Part shown: positions 1 to 9,408 of the stretch, piece after piece
How positions within the stretch are numbered: the first letter of the stretch is position 1
How the letters are laid out: every line of letters starts with the position of its first letter
Source: Fibrobacteria bacterium
GTDB taxonomy: Bacteria; Fibrobacterota; Chitinivibrionia; Chitinivibrionales; FEN-1185
Length of the DNA: 18,904 nucleotides
Direction of reading: 5' to 3'
Assembly (NCBI GenBank): GCA_037447435.1
Contig: JBBIGR010000065.1
Span: 1 to 18,904, forward strand
Notes under the pieces: generated by a model
Databases searched by the model: none
What the model was told of the DNA's origin: nothing
What the model saw: the letters and a program-made list of their open reading frames with translations, nothing else
Made by a program: the position numbers and the translations under genes

Positions 1-40
1 CGCAGTTTGAGATTAATTTAAACTAAAATCGGACATTGAC

Positions 41-256
41 TCAAAAACGCGCCGCGTGGGAAAGTTTAATGATGGCACCGAATTCGGGAGAAGTAATATT
101 GCTCCTCTGCCTAAAATCAATTACGATATCTTTTTTGGAGCTGATATTTTTTTGAAAGGATGATAGAAACTTTTCAAATTTTTCGATGTCGTTATATTCT
201 TTGCTTGAATAGGTGATATAAACATAACGTTCATTTTCTTTTTTCTCTATTGTCAT
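41..256 (-). pseudogene. Truncated STAS / anti-sigma-factor-antagonist-like ORF
   Basis: DIVIDFRQRSNITSPEFGAII resembles the STAS motif (hhhDhs.h.hhDSsGhGahh) with the Ser retained. The ORF is only 71 aa. The same frame continues past TGA as VNVRF*FKLISNC to the window edge. Confidence 0.5.
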
Positions 257-652
257 AATAATAATCGCTTTTACATATTTTAAAGGTTAATTAATCCGGT
301 CATACTATGGGTTACATTCTTCAATTCATCCCTCTACGCCATTGGCATCTCCCCCCTTGCTTAAGGATTGGCAGGGTTTTCGATGCATAGTGCCGACTAC
401 GATAAAATTATTAGCATCTTCTCCACCTAAAAGTTGGTATCAATTGTACCACACGGTATAAATTCAGTCAATAGCATTGAGTATCCGCCACACCGTTTTT
501 TAATGCTTATTTCGAGCGAAGTTCATATGTTTTAAAATTTCAAAAAAAGCATTTATTTATCTTTTAATTAAATATTACAATATTATTACAATATCGGATG
601 CAAAAATAGTACATTTTGAATTGAAGTCGAAAAATAAAAAGGAACGGGATTC

Positions 653-2857
653 ATGATAACTATATTGACTATTATTGAAGATAAAGATGAATATATACGA
701 TTAAGGCAGACCTTTTTAAAGGTGAATATCAGGGCTATTCCTGCGGAGCCGTCTTACGCAAGCTATTTGAAGACGCTCCAATACGATCCCGATATCGTCA
801 TCATGGAAGTTCCTGCAAATCCCAAAAGCCATGTTCAATTTTTACGGTTAATACGAAATAATAAAGGCATAGCGCAAAAACCGTTCATTCTGTTTGGTCC
901 CGATTTCGATGCCAGGATTATCGAAGCGTTCCGTGCAACGGGTGCGGATTCTTATTTGAAAAAGCCGCTCGATCTGAAAAACCTTTTCGAGATTATAAAA
1001 AAACTTTTGCTTGAACATTCCGCGAGTAAAAGCGGCGTAAACGATAAAAATCAATTGTCGAAAGTCGAGGTTGCCGCACTGTACGATGCCTCGATTTCCA
1101 AGCATAAAAAAATCAATATCATGTTAAACCATATCGGAAAACTCCTCGCCTTTCCCGCTACCGTGGCCAGCATTCTTCGCGTTACGCAAAATGAAAAAAG
1201 CGGCGCGCGTGAATTGGCGCAAATCATTCAATCCGATCCGTCGGTCGCAACCGAAGTTTTAAAAGTAGCCAATTCGGTTTTCTTCGCCCGCCGGTCGAAC
1301 AGCCGCATCGTGGACCTCAAGGAAGCGGTTGTCAGAATAGGATTCATACAGACCAAAAATACCGCCATGTCGCTTTCCGTTTTCCAAATCATGAAAGATA
1401 GAAATTATGAAACCGGTTTCAATCATATCGATTTTTGGTTTCATTGCCTCGGCGTCGCGGTCATCAGCGAACGACTTGCAAAACACAGCGGTTTGGTCCC
1501 GCTCGACGAGGGCTTTATCGCGGGATTGCTCCATGATATGGGAAAACTGCTGTTGAACGAGTTTTTCAACGATATATTCCTATCGATTATCGAAAAAACC
1601 ACCAGCGAAGGCGTGCCGTTCAATATCTGTCACGAACAAATTCTCGGATTCAACCAAAATGAACTGCTGCTTCAACTATTCGAACAGTGGAATTTTCCGG
1701 AATCAATAATACAAAACGTCATGTTTTTCGGCGGCAACGATACGCTGAACGCGGCAAGCCTGAAAGAAAGACCGCTTGCATCGATTGTAAATATTGCCGA
1801 AACAATTGCAAAAAGCCTTCAGGTAGGACGGGAAACGGATTGCTGCGTCTCGGCCATTCCCGAAGAGGTTTTCGACGGCCTCAGAATGCATCATGGATTA
1901 TCGCAAGGGTTTATTGACGGAATTTACAATGAAATGAACCTGTACAATCAATTCCTCAAAATCGACAAGCGGTCGTTTCCTTTGACGTACGAGCAAATCA
2001 AGGACGCGGAGAAAGTGATGATTCTTTGTCATTCCTTTTCGAAAGAACCGTTTAATCCGATTGTGGAATACCTAAAAACCCAACGATATAAAATCGTTAT
2101 TTCGAAAAACAGGAAAGATGTGGAGGACACGGCTGCATCGTATCATGCCTTTATCGTAACCGACGGAAGCGGTGCCGTTTTCGGCGATATCGAGCAGATT
2201 TCGGGACTCAAGGTCCAAATGTTTTCGGCCGCAAATGCCGAAGCGAAAAAAAACGATTCAACGAACCGTGATCCTGTTTTTACAAATGCTAAAATGATCG
2301 TGTTCGACATAAAAAAGGATATTGCAAGCCCGTTTTCAAACAAGAACACGATCGTGTCGAAATATCCGGTCGATCTTCGGAACGTGGATTTCGTTCTTGC
2401 CGCTTTGCTTCATGATTTTCCCATAGATTCGTCGTTAAATGCCATGGGAGCATTAAAACCGGTGAAAAAAATATCGGTCGCGGGAAAATCAAAGGAGAAA
2501 AGACGTATACTTGTATGTCACAGCAAAAGCGACATACGGAAAATCGTTCGGGATGCTATGGAGAAATATCCTGAAACAGTTATGGAAGAAGCCGACGACG
2601 GCCTCAAGGCTTTCAACAGAGCGCGCACGACAAAAGAAGAAATTTTTCTCGTGATTATACAGCTATGCATTCCAATGATGGAAAGTTTTGAAGTTATAAA
2701 GGGAATCAGGGAACTGCCGAATCATAAACGCGCCAAATTTATCGTTTGTTTCGATACCGCGCAAAAAGAACAGCTAATTCCCCTGGTACGGGTCGGAGTA
2801 CGTGACTTTATAAAGGAAAGCGATTTAGGGCAAAAAATACCTTTGTGGTTACAGTGA
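653..2857 (+). CDS. HDOD-domain signalling protein with N- and C-terminal pseudo-receiver domains
   Basis: HDOD hallmarks: LAQIIQSDPSVATEVLKVANS, EAVVRIG, FWFHCLGVA, FIAGLLHDMGKLLL. Receiver-like folds at both ends (ILTIIED...GADSYLKKPLD; RRILVCHS...GVRDFIK). AAGGA SD-like motif upstream. Confidence 0.9.
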   Translation: MITILTIIEDKDEYIRLRQTFLKVNIRAIPAEPSYASYLKTLQYDPDIVIMEVPANPKSHVQFLRLIRNNKGIAQKPFILFGPDFDARIIEAFRATGADSYLKKPLDLKNLFEIIKKLLLEHSASKSGVNDKNQLSKVEVAALYDASISKHKKINIMLNHIGKLLAFPATVASILRVTQNEKSGARELAQIIQSDPSVATEVLKVANSVFFARRSNSRIVDLKEAVVRIGFIQTKNTAMSLSVFQIMKDRNYETGFNHIDFWFHCLGVAVISERLAKHSGLVPLDEGFIAGLLHDMGKLLLNEFFNDIFLSIIEKTTSEGVPFNICHEQILGFNQNELLLQLFEQWNFPESIIQNVMFFGGNDTLNAASLKERPLASIVNIAETIAKSLQVGRETDCCVSAIPEEVFDGLRMHHGLSQGFIDGIYNEMNLYNQFLKIDKRSFPLTYEQIKDAEKVMILCHSFSKEPFNPIVEYLKTQRYKIVISKNRKDVEDTAASYHAFIVTDGSGAVFGDIEQISGLKVQMFSAANAEAKKNDSTNRDPVFTNAKMIVFDIKKDIASPFSNKNTIVSKYPVDLRNVDFVLAALLHDFPIDSSLNAMGALKPVKKISVAGKSKEKRRILVCHSKSDIRKIVRDAMEKYPETVMEEADDGLKAFNRARTTKEEIFLVIIQLCIPMMESFEVIKGIRELPNHKRAKFIVCFDTAQKEQLIPLVRVGVRDFIKESDLGQKIPLWLQ

Positions 2858-3208
2858 AAGCCCTGCGATAAATTCCGGGATTTGAATGAGCCCGTCCGGT
2901 TTTGTAAAAAAGTTGATATTGCGTTTCTTCAACGTCTCTTCTCCCATGTCAAAAGTGTGCCCGGAAAGAAGAATTTTTATTACGTGCATCGGCGTAAACT
3001 CCAAGAGTTGCAGGCCGCTTATTTTCGGCATTATATAATCGGTTATGAGAATATCAACCGGAAAATTCACTATACGGTCCTTTGCCAGGACCGAATCGGT
3101 GAAGGTGTTTATTCGCATCGAAGAATCCACCTGCAATATGAATGCTTCGAGCAAATCGGTAATTTGTTTTTCGTCGTCCACAATGACGACATCGAGATTT
3201 CTGCCCAT
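2849..3208 (-). CDS. Single-domain response regulator (CheY-like receiver)
   Basis: VVIVDDE, DILITDYIMPKISG (phospho-Asp), LLSG, FFTKP. 3' end overlaps the convergent HDOD gene by 9 nt. Confidence 0.88.
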   Translation of the reverse strand: MGRNLDVVIVDDEKQITDLLEAFILQVDSSMRINTFTDSVLAKDRIVNFPVDILITDYIMPKISGLQLLEFTPMHVIKILLSGHTFDMGEETLKKRNINFFTKPDGLIQIPEFIAGLSL

Positions 3209-3338
3209 TTATGTACCGTATTTCCCGCATTGTTTTCGATTAGCATATTATACCACTAATACCGCATTTTTTCACGAAATATTACATTTTGCGGAATATC
3301 GCATTTAATGAATTAATATCTTCGGCATTCCTGCGAAT

Positions 3339-3354
3339 CGGCATTCTAATTGCT
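3339..3354 (+). promoter_or_regulatory. Putative sigma-54 (-24/-12) promoter of the DUF1259 gene
   Basis: CGGCATTCTAATTGCT is GG-N10-GC and matches YGGCAY-N5-TTGCW. It lies about 60 bp before the SD-preceded ATG at 3416. Confidence 0.65.
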
Positions 3355-3415
3355 GTGATGAATGGAAAAGAAAATAATTGTCTATAAAATTCGCCCTTCA
3401 TCAAAGGATGACGGT

Positions 3416-4336
3416 ATGCTTGGATCAAGAACGTTTTTATTAACGGTTTTCTCGTTTATGACAATTCTCATTATCGTATTTGCGATGAACGGCAAAGATA
3501 CGGCTTCCATACCTCCTACCCTTCAGCAGGTAGAAAATATCCTGAGCGTCAAGGGGCAAATGCCGGATGGTGCGCTTGTGTTGCGCTTTCCTCGAACGGA
3601 TTTAAAGGTAACGATCGGGACCGATGAAATCCCTTGCGGCATGGCTTTCGTTTCGTGGTCGGCATGGAAAGAACGAGGAAGCCAGGCAATGGTCATGGGC
3701 GATTTCGTCCTTTTGGAAAATGAAATCAATCCTTTTATTTCCGAAATTCAAAAAGGCGGCATCATGATAACGGGTTTACATAATCATTATCTTGGCGAGA
3801 AACCGCGCATAATGTTCATGCATATTTCCGCCACCGGCAAAGCCGATTCTCTGGCTAAAACTCTTAAAAACGCTCTTGCAATAACCGGTACTCCTATTCC
3901 TCCCAAACCGTCAATCACGACATCGGAATTATTGCTTGATACGAAACATATTGAGGAAATAATCGGCAGTCCCGGGCAAGCCGGCAACGGGTTCTTTAAA
4001 ATTGTGATCGGCCGCAAAGGAGTAAAATACATGAATGTGGATATCACTTCGAGCATGGGTCTTAATTCGTGGGCAGGGTTCTTCGGCACCAACGAAAAGT
4101 CGCATGTCGGCGGCGATATTGCAATGACGACAAAAGAAGTTAATCCCGTGATACGGGCTTTACGTGCCGGCGGAATCGATATCGTCGCGATCCACAATCA
4201 TATGCTTTCCGAAAACCCGCGCATAATTTTCCTTCATTATTGGGGCAGCGGCACAGCCGATTCGCTTGCGAAAACCGTACGTTCGGCATTCGTTATTGTC
4301 AAGAATCCGGCAAAACCTGAAGCCGATATGTTTTAA
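3416..4336 (+). CDS. Tandem DUF1259 (LppY/LpqO-like) protein with N-terminal signal/anchor
   Basis: Two homologous halves: GDFVLLENEINP...GLHNHYLGEKPRIMFMH and GDIAMTTKEVNP...AIHNHMLSENPRIIFLHYWG. Hydrophobic N-terminus. Start moved from 3362 to 3416 because of an AAGGA SD at about 3404-3408 and the promoter position. Confidence 0.85.
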   Translation: MLGSRTFLLTVFSFMTILIIVFAMNGKDTASIPPTLQQVENILSVKGQMPDGALVLRFPRTDLKVTIGTDEIPCGMAFVSWSAWKERGSQAMVMGDFVLLENEINPFISEIQKGGIMITGLHNHYLGEKPRIMFMHISATGKADSLAKTLKNALAITGTPIPPKPSITTSELLLDTKHIEEIIGSPGQAGNGFFKIVIGRKGVKYMNVDITSSMGLNSWAGFFGTNEKSHVGGDIAMTTKEVNPVIRALRAGGIDIVAIHNHMLSENPRIIFLHYWGSGTADSLAKTVRSAFVIVKNPAKPEADMF

Positions 4337-4581
4337 GGCGATTTCTTCAATGCCATGAATCGACCCCCAAAAAATGACTGTACGCATTTTTCAAATTGAT
4401 CGCGAAAAATGGGCTTTACCATGTCCGTAATCAATAGGTCGGCACCATTAATTTTAAAAACAGTTAAAGCCAAATGACCATTTTCCACGGGAAATGTTTC
4501 AAATCCTATTTTATCAAGAATGTGGCAAAGATATTCTCTGCACTCGATAGAATCATCCGCTACGATCACCCTTTTTTTCAT
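4333..4581 (-). pseudogene. Receiver-domain gene with an in-frame internal deletion
   Basis: MKKRVIVADDS...ADLLITDMV is joined directly to KPIFRDQFEKCV, so the alpha3-beta4-alpha4-beta5 segment is missing. 82 aa from the ATG at 4581. Confidence 0.65.
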
Positions 4582-4619
4582 TGAAAACAATCTCTTTTTT
4601 TTTGGAGAGAAAGTACGGC

Positions 4620-4928
4620 TTAGCAATTAGGAAAAACATAAATCAGATTAGCAATTCCGCATGCGGGACATATGATTTTATCCGAAAACGGTTTTGCCAT
4701 TGCCGCATTCCATGAATAATTGCATTCAATGCAAGTCAATTGCGATAGGAGCAATGTATCATCGTTTTGGATTTGAAAACGCAGCCATTTTTCAATGGAA
4801 TCCAAAACAAAAGTATCCTCGGCAGAATCACAATTTCTTTTAATCGCTCCATATAGCCAGCTCGCAACAGCTATTGTCGATTTTTTGTGGACGCTATTGT
4901 CCCGATCATTAATTTCCAGATCATTCAT
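4620..4928 (-). CDS. Small hypothetical protein with C-terminal zinc ribbon
   Basis: CIEC...CPACG pair of CxxC motifs. Co-oriented, starting 28 bp after the MCP stop. Confidence 0.7.
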   Translation of the reverse strand: MNDLEINDRDNSVHKKSTIAVASWLYGAIKRNCDSAEDTFVLDSIEKWLRFQIQNDDTLLLSQLTCIECNYSWNAAMAKPFSDKIICPACGIANLIYVFPNC

Positions 4929-4956
4929 ATATTTATTCTTTGTCTTTTATTTAGTT

Positions 4957-7386
4957 CTAAAATTCTTTCAGTACGGATTCATCTTCAAATGGAATTATTT
5001 CTTCGGCATTAACCCGCAAATCGGATTTGCGTTGCGCCGGAAGGACCTTGGAAAACATCCTTTTATTTTGCTTGATATGATTTTCCAATTTCGAGTTATT
5101 GCATTTCTGTGAATCCGCATTCGCCGTAGTAATGCTTTTTTCTTTATTTCCGGCAGAAGGAATTGATTGAGTCAGGACAAATTGACTCACCATATTTTGT
5201 AGTTCTTCAGCCTGAGAACTCAATTCCTCCGCGGCACTTGCCGACTCTTCACTGTTTGCAGCATTCTGCTGTGTAACCTTATCCATTTGAGCCACGGCGG
5301 AATTGACCTGATCGATTCCTTGGGCCTGTTCATTGCCGGCTGCGGCAATTTCTTGGATTAAATCATTTACTTTTGCATTACTCTCCGAAATGCATTCAAA
5401 TGATTTTGATACGTCATCTGCGATATTAACGCCATCCTCTGCATTTTTCACCGATTCCGATATCATATCCGCCGTATTTTTGGCAGCCTGCGCACTGCGT
5501 TGGGCCAGATTCCTTACTTCCTCTGCAACAACTGCAAATCCCCGTCCTGCTTCACCTGCTCGGGCAGCCTCGACGGCGGCGTTAAGGGCAAGCAAATTTG
5601 TCTGCATTGCAATTTCGTCAATTGTTTTGACGATTTTAGCGGTTTTATTTGACGAATCTTTAATTTTGTTTATCGCTTCCGACATTTTGTTCATAGCCTG
5701 TTTACCTTGAACGGTATTGTTATTGGCTTCACTTGCAAGAAGTTTTGCTTGATTGGCATTATCGGCATTCTGTTTGGTCATCGACGACATTTCTTCGAGA
5801 CTACTGGAAACCTCTTCGAGGCTCGACGCCTGTTCGTTTGTTCCTTGCGCAAGAGATTGGCTTCCGCTGGAAATTTGTTGGCTTGCCGTGGATACCTGTT
5901 CCGTGGCATTCGAAACCTGAGTCAAAGCCTGATCGAGATTTCCTGCCGTCAAATTGACCGAATTTTTAAGCTTCGCATGATCACCTTTATAATTCCCGTC
6001 GACTCGAACGGTTAAGTCTCTTGCGGCTATTTTTTCCAACGTTATCATCGCCTCTTTAATTGGAATCAAAATTGAATCCAGCGTTTCATTCAAACTGATT
6101 ACAATTTTTTTGAAATCACCCAGATGTTTTTCCGAATCTGCTCTAATTTCAAGTTTGCCGTCTATTGCAGCTACGGCGAGTTTATTAATTTCGTCGGTAA
6201 TTGACTTAATCGCTTCCATCATTCTTACAAATGCAGGCAAAAGTTCATCGTTGGGGCAGCGTTTGCCGACCTTTTTCAAAGAGTCCAATTCTTCTATATC
6301 GCCTCTGCTGACTTTATTAACAATGATTATAATGTGTTCTATTCTTTGAATTGTCGTATTCACGGACGATTTAATTTCATTCCAAATACCCGGATATTCA
6401 CAAGAAATCTTGGCAGATATGTCGTTGTTGGAAAGGCATTCGAGTGAATGCATCACATCGTTGATCGGCTTTGAAATAGAGTCCATAAGGAAATTAACAT
6501 CCGATACCAAATGCCTGTAGGCTCCCTTGTACGTATCCGGATTTGCCCGTTTATCTATTTTGCCGTTTCCTGCTTCCTGAACGATCGATTGCGTTTCACG
6601 CATTACCTTATTCAAGGAATCGATCATGGATCTGAACGAATCGGCAAGCAAACCGATTTCATCTTTGGACGTGAATTCGATTTTATCGTCAAGGTCTCCG
6701 TTTGCAATTTTGCCCGCTGTTTCAGCCATCATTTTTAATGGAATCGTAATTGAACGCACTAATACAATCGCAACCAAAAAAACCATCAGCAGTCCAATCA
6801 CCAAGCATACGATGATAAAAAATGAGCATTTCTTCGACAGTTCCTGGTTCTGAGTTGCCAAATTTTTTGCAACATTAATTTTCAACTCAACCAACCGCTC
6901 AATCGCTTTTTGTTCCGCCTGAGCGGCAATTTCAGAAGATCCGTCGATCAGCGAATAAGCCTCAGCTGTTTTATGTTGCAAAGCGAACGCCGGAATTTGG
7001 TCCATAGTTATTTTAAATTGTTTTCTCGCGTTTACAAATTCTTCAAATGTTTTTCTGCCTTCATCCGTAACAATGGATTTTTCAACATTGTCCGCGCTTT
7101 TTCCTACGACCGTAATCAAATCGTTAAGCGCAGACATTTTGTTTTTTATTTCGGATATGTCCTTCGTACGAATGATGTCGAGGAGAATAATCCGCGCTTG
7201 AAGGAAAGACGATGAAATCGTCACGAAATCACCCATTGGAGCGGTTGCTTTTTCATATAATTTTATATCCGCTTTATTCATTTGATTCATGTTTATAATT
7301 GAAATTACGCTTATTGCCATGCACAAACATCCCATTAGTATGAAGCTTGCTATTAATTTTGTTCCGATTTTCACATTCTTCAACAT
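4957..7386 (-). CDS. Methyl-accepting chemotaxis protein (four-helix-bundle sensor, two TM helices, multiple HAMP domains)
   Basis: TM1 after KIGTKL; TM2 before RSITIPL; HAMP motif [10 protein letters not shown]; hairpin tip [44 protein letters not shown]-terminal VLKEF. GGGAGG SD upstream. Confidence 0.96.
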   Translation of the reverse strand: MLKNVKIGTKLIASFILMGCLCMAISVISIINMNQMNKADIKLYEKATAPMGDFVTISSSFLQARIILLDIIRTKDISEIKNKMSALNDLITVVGKSADNVEKSIVTDEGRKTFEEFVNARKQFKITMDQIPAFALQHKTAEAYSLIDGSSEIAAQAEQKAIERLVELKINVAKNLATQNQELSKKCSFFIIVCLVIGLLMVFLVAIVLVRSITIPLKMMAETAGKIANGDLDDKIEFTSKDEIGLLADSFRSMIDSLNKVMRETQSIVQEAGNGKIDKRANPDTYKGAYRHLVSDVNFLMDSISKPINDVMHSLECLSNNDISAKISCEYPGIWNEIKSSVNTTIQRIEHIIIIVNKVSRGDIEELDSLKKVGKRCPNDELLPAFVRMMEAIKSITDEINKLAVAAIDGKLEIRADSEKHLGDFKKIVISLNETLDSILIPIKEAMITLEKIAARDLTVRVDGNYKGDHAKLKNSVNLTAGNLDQALTQVSNATEQVSTASQQISSGSQSLAQGTNEQASSLEEVSSSLEEMSSMTKQNADNANQAKLLASEANNNTVQGKQAMNKMSEAINKIKDSSNKTAKIVKTIDEIAMQTNLLALNAAVEAARAGEAGRGFAVVAEEVRNLAQRSAQAAKNTADMISESVKNAEDGVNIADDVSKSFECISESNAKVNDLIQEIAAAGNEQAQGIDQVNSAVAQMDKVTQQNAANSEESASAAEELSSQAEELQNMVSQFVLTQSIPSAGNKEKSITTANADSQKCNNSKLENHIKQNKRMFSKVLPAQRKSDLRVNAEEIIPFEDESVLKEF

Positions 7387-7422
7387 ACATGACCTCCCTG
7401 AACAAGTTGTATGACGATAGTT

Positions 7423-8526
7423 TCATTCCTTACGAATCGCCGGAAAAAACAAATTGAATTCCGTTTTAAGATTTTCTTTACTGTTTACGGTAATCCATCC
7501 GCTATGTTCGTCGATTATTTCCTTGACTATAAGCAAACCGAAACCGTGACCATTTTCCTTAGTTGTAAATTTTTCATTAAACAGCCTGTTACTGTTTTCC
7601 GGAGATATGCCCGGACCATTATCGGAAACGCAAATGCAAACGCATTTTTCGGGTTTGGCATAATCCGGACGAAATTCATCCAAGATAGACACTGTAAATT
7701 TCAAATTTCCTTTGCCATTCATAGCATCAACGGCATTTATTCCTAAATTTAGTAATGCTTGTTGTATCCTTTCACTGTCGGCATAAAGCCAGACCGGAAA
7801 ATTAGGCATCGAAGTTTCGATATGTATTGATTTTGGCGCAATTTCCATCAATACCGCGCATATCCGCTCGACTATGGACCGTATCTCGGTTTGAATTTTA
7901 GACGTATTTGATTCGCCGGGTTTCAGTTCCAGCAAGTTCTGGCAAATTTCAGCCGCCAATTTTGCAGTTGCATATACTTTCTTTATCTTTTGATGCGCAC
8001 TATGGGTGCTTTCGAGCTCTTCAAGCGCCATATCGGCAAATCCTAATGTGCCGCTGAGTATGTTATTTAAATCATGAACGAGCGATCTCGATTTTTCATT
8101 TATCGCAAGCAGATCTCGTTTGCGCGTTTTTTCAAGAATTGAATTTTGAGATTTGTCAAATAGCAAACGTACTCTTTCTTCCAGTATTTGTGGGGTAAAA
8201 GGTTTGTCTATAAAATCGGTACAGCCCAATCTCATGAGTCGAATCAATAAATCGCGTTCGCCATAACCCGTAATGGCAATTATCGGAATATCGTATTCAA
8301 GTTCATGCAACTTTCGGATAAGTTCTTCCCCGTTCATTTTCGGCATTTGAATATCGCATATAAGCAAATCGGCATTTTGCCTGCCATGACTCATTAACGT
8401 GATCGTATGCAAAGCTTTTTCACCGTTTTCCGCCGGAAAAACCTGATATCCTTTCCATTCCAAAGCAGTTATCAGGCTCGTACGCATTTGAAATTCATCT
8501 TCAGCAACAACAATTCGCATAGACAT
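7423..8526 (-). CDS. Hybrid response regulator / histidine kinase (REC-HisKA-HATPase, no sensor domain)
   Basis: IVVAEDE, LLICDIQMPKMNG, ITGYG, FIDKPF; H-box VHDLNN; N-box LLNLGINAVDAM; DNGPGI; FTTK; GHGFGL. The track start is 8586, but that ATG sits inside the predicted promoter, so 8526 or 8520 is preferred. Confidence 0.9.
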   Translation of the reverse strand: MSMRIVVAEDEFQMRTSLITALEWKGYQVFPAENGEKALHTITLMSHGRQNADLLICDIQMPKMNGEELIRKLHELEYDIPIIAITGYGERDLLIRLMRLGCTDFIDKPFTPQILEERVRLLFDKSQNSILEKTRKRDLLAINEKSRSLVHDLNNILSGTLGFADMALEELESTHSAHQKIKKVYATAKLAAEICQNLLELKPGESNTSKIQTEIRSIVERICAVLMEIAPKSIHIETSMPNFPVWLYADSERIQQALLNLGINAVDAMNGKGNLKFTVSILDEFRPDYAKPEKCVCICVSDNGPGISPENSNRLFNEKFTTKENGHGFGLLIVKEIIDEHSGWITVNSKENLKTEFNLFFPAIRKE

Positions 8527-8574
8527 AGTATAATCCAACTTCCGCACTTTTTTATTCTGTGCTACGGTTAATAG

Positions 8575-8590
8575 TTCAATTCTCATGCCG
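8575..8590 (-). promoter_or_regulatory. Putative sigma-54 promoter (variant -12 element GA) for the kinase-MCP operon
   Basis: Minus strand reads CGGCATGAGAATTGAA: -24 GGCAT, correct spacing, TTGA instead of TTGC. Confidence 0.5.
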
Positions 8591-8672
8591 ATCTTTAATC
8601 ACATCGCCTAAGATATTGCGTTTAGCATACTTATGAATCTGTTTTTGATTAATTACCGGAGTAAGCCGATAG

Positions 8673-8771
8673 GCAAATTTCTTTGCTGACAATTAATAAT
8701 CTGCGGGTAACCTATTGAATCGGGGTTAGTTGTTGCAAAGCAAATAAATTTGCATGCGCAAGGAATTTTGC
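8673..8771. promoter_or_regulatory. Three GCAA-N6-TTGC dyads (putative enhancer / UAS)
   Basis: GCAAATTTCTTTGC at 8673-8686, GCAAATAAATTTGC at 8740-8753 and GCAAGGAATTTTGC at 8758-8771, all within one intergenic gap. Confidence 0.65.
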
Positions 8772-8876
8772 AGGGATGTTAATCAATAGAAGTTAAAGTT
8801 GGGTACGCAATGAGGTTTTAGCAATTTATTAAAATGTATTTAATTATGGTCGATTAAGGACTCAACTCTGCATTGT

Positions 8877-9275
8877 TTAGGGAATTTTCCTGGAATTTTC
8901 ATCACCGATAATTAACTTTGGCAAATTCATTTTATTTCCCTGGTCATCAACGGCGACAAATACGATATGCGTCGAAAAAACCATCTCTTCAATTTTGGTC
9001 GATTGATCCGACGCATAAACTTCGGCGCTATACGTAACAGAAGTATTTCCTTGTTTGCACGGTTGAATATGAAACCGGAGGATGGCACCGTTACTAACTC
9101 TTTTTCTAAATAAAATATTATCCATTGCCCTGGTTACCAATACACTTCCGGAAAAATCTTTTGCGGCTGCGAGCCAAGCATATTCATCGATCCATTTTAA
9201 CAACTGCCCACCAAACAAGAATCCCTGATGGCTTAAATGCTCCGGCCTTACAAAACAATAGGTATCCATATTCAT
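8877..9275 (-). CDS. Acyl-CoA thioesterase (hotdog fold, YciA-like)
   Basis: VRPEHLSHQGFLFGGQLLKWIDE, F.KRV..G, GNTSVT, VFVAVDDQG. Confidence 0.9.
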   Translation of the reverse strand: MNMDTYCFVRPEHLSHQGFLFGGQLLKWIDEYAWLAAAKDFSGSVLVTRAMDNILFRKRVSNGAILRFHIQPCKQGNTSVTYSAEVYASDQSTKIEEMVFSTHIVFVAVDDQGNKMNLPKLIIGDENSRKIP

Positions 9276-9408
9276 CTCATTGCGTTATTATTATATTGCT
9301 TATTAAAAATCGATTTAATCGAAACATAAATGAAAATACTTATTTTATTCCATTTATTCAATGCGCATGTAATCTGTTTTGTCTATATACGGCAAGGGAA
9401 CGGCGAAT

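Noticed and set aside
1..43. Stop-codon reassignment explaining the STAS read-through
   Set aside because: The two stops differ (TGA and TAG), and both codons terminate intact genes elsewhere in the window.
257..652. Riboswitch or small gene in the long divergent intergenic region
   Set aside because: I could not match c-di-GMP, fluoride or other riboswitch cores by eye, and the frames I read close quickly. An Infernal/Rfam scan would be needed.
8636..8655. IHF site between the enhancer dyads and the promoter
   Set aside because: Only the AATCAA core is present on the minus strand; the TTR element of WATCAA-N4-TTR is missing.
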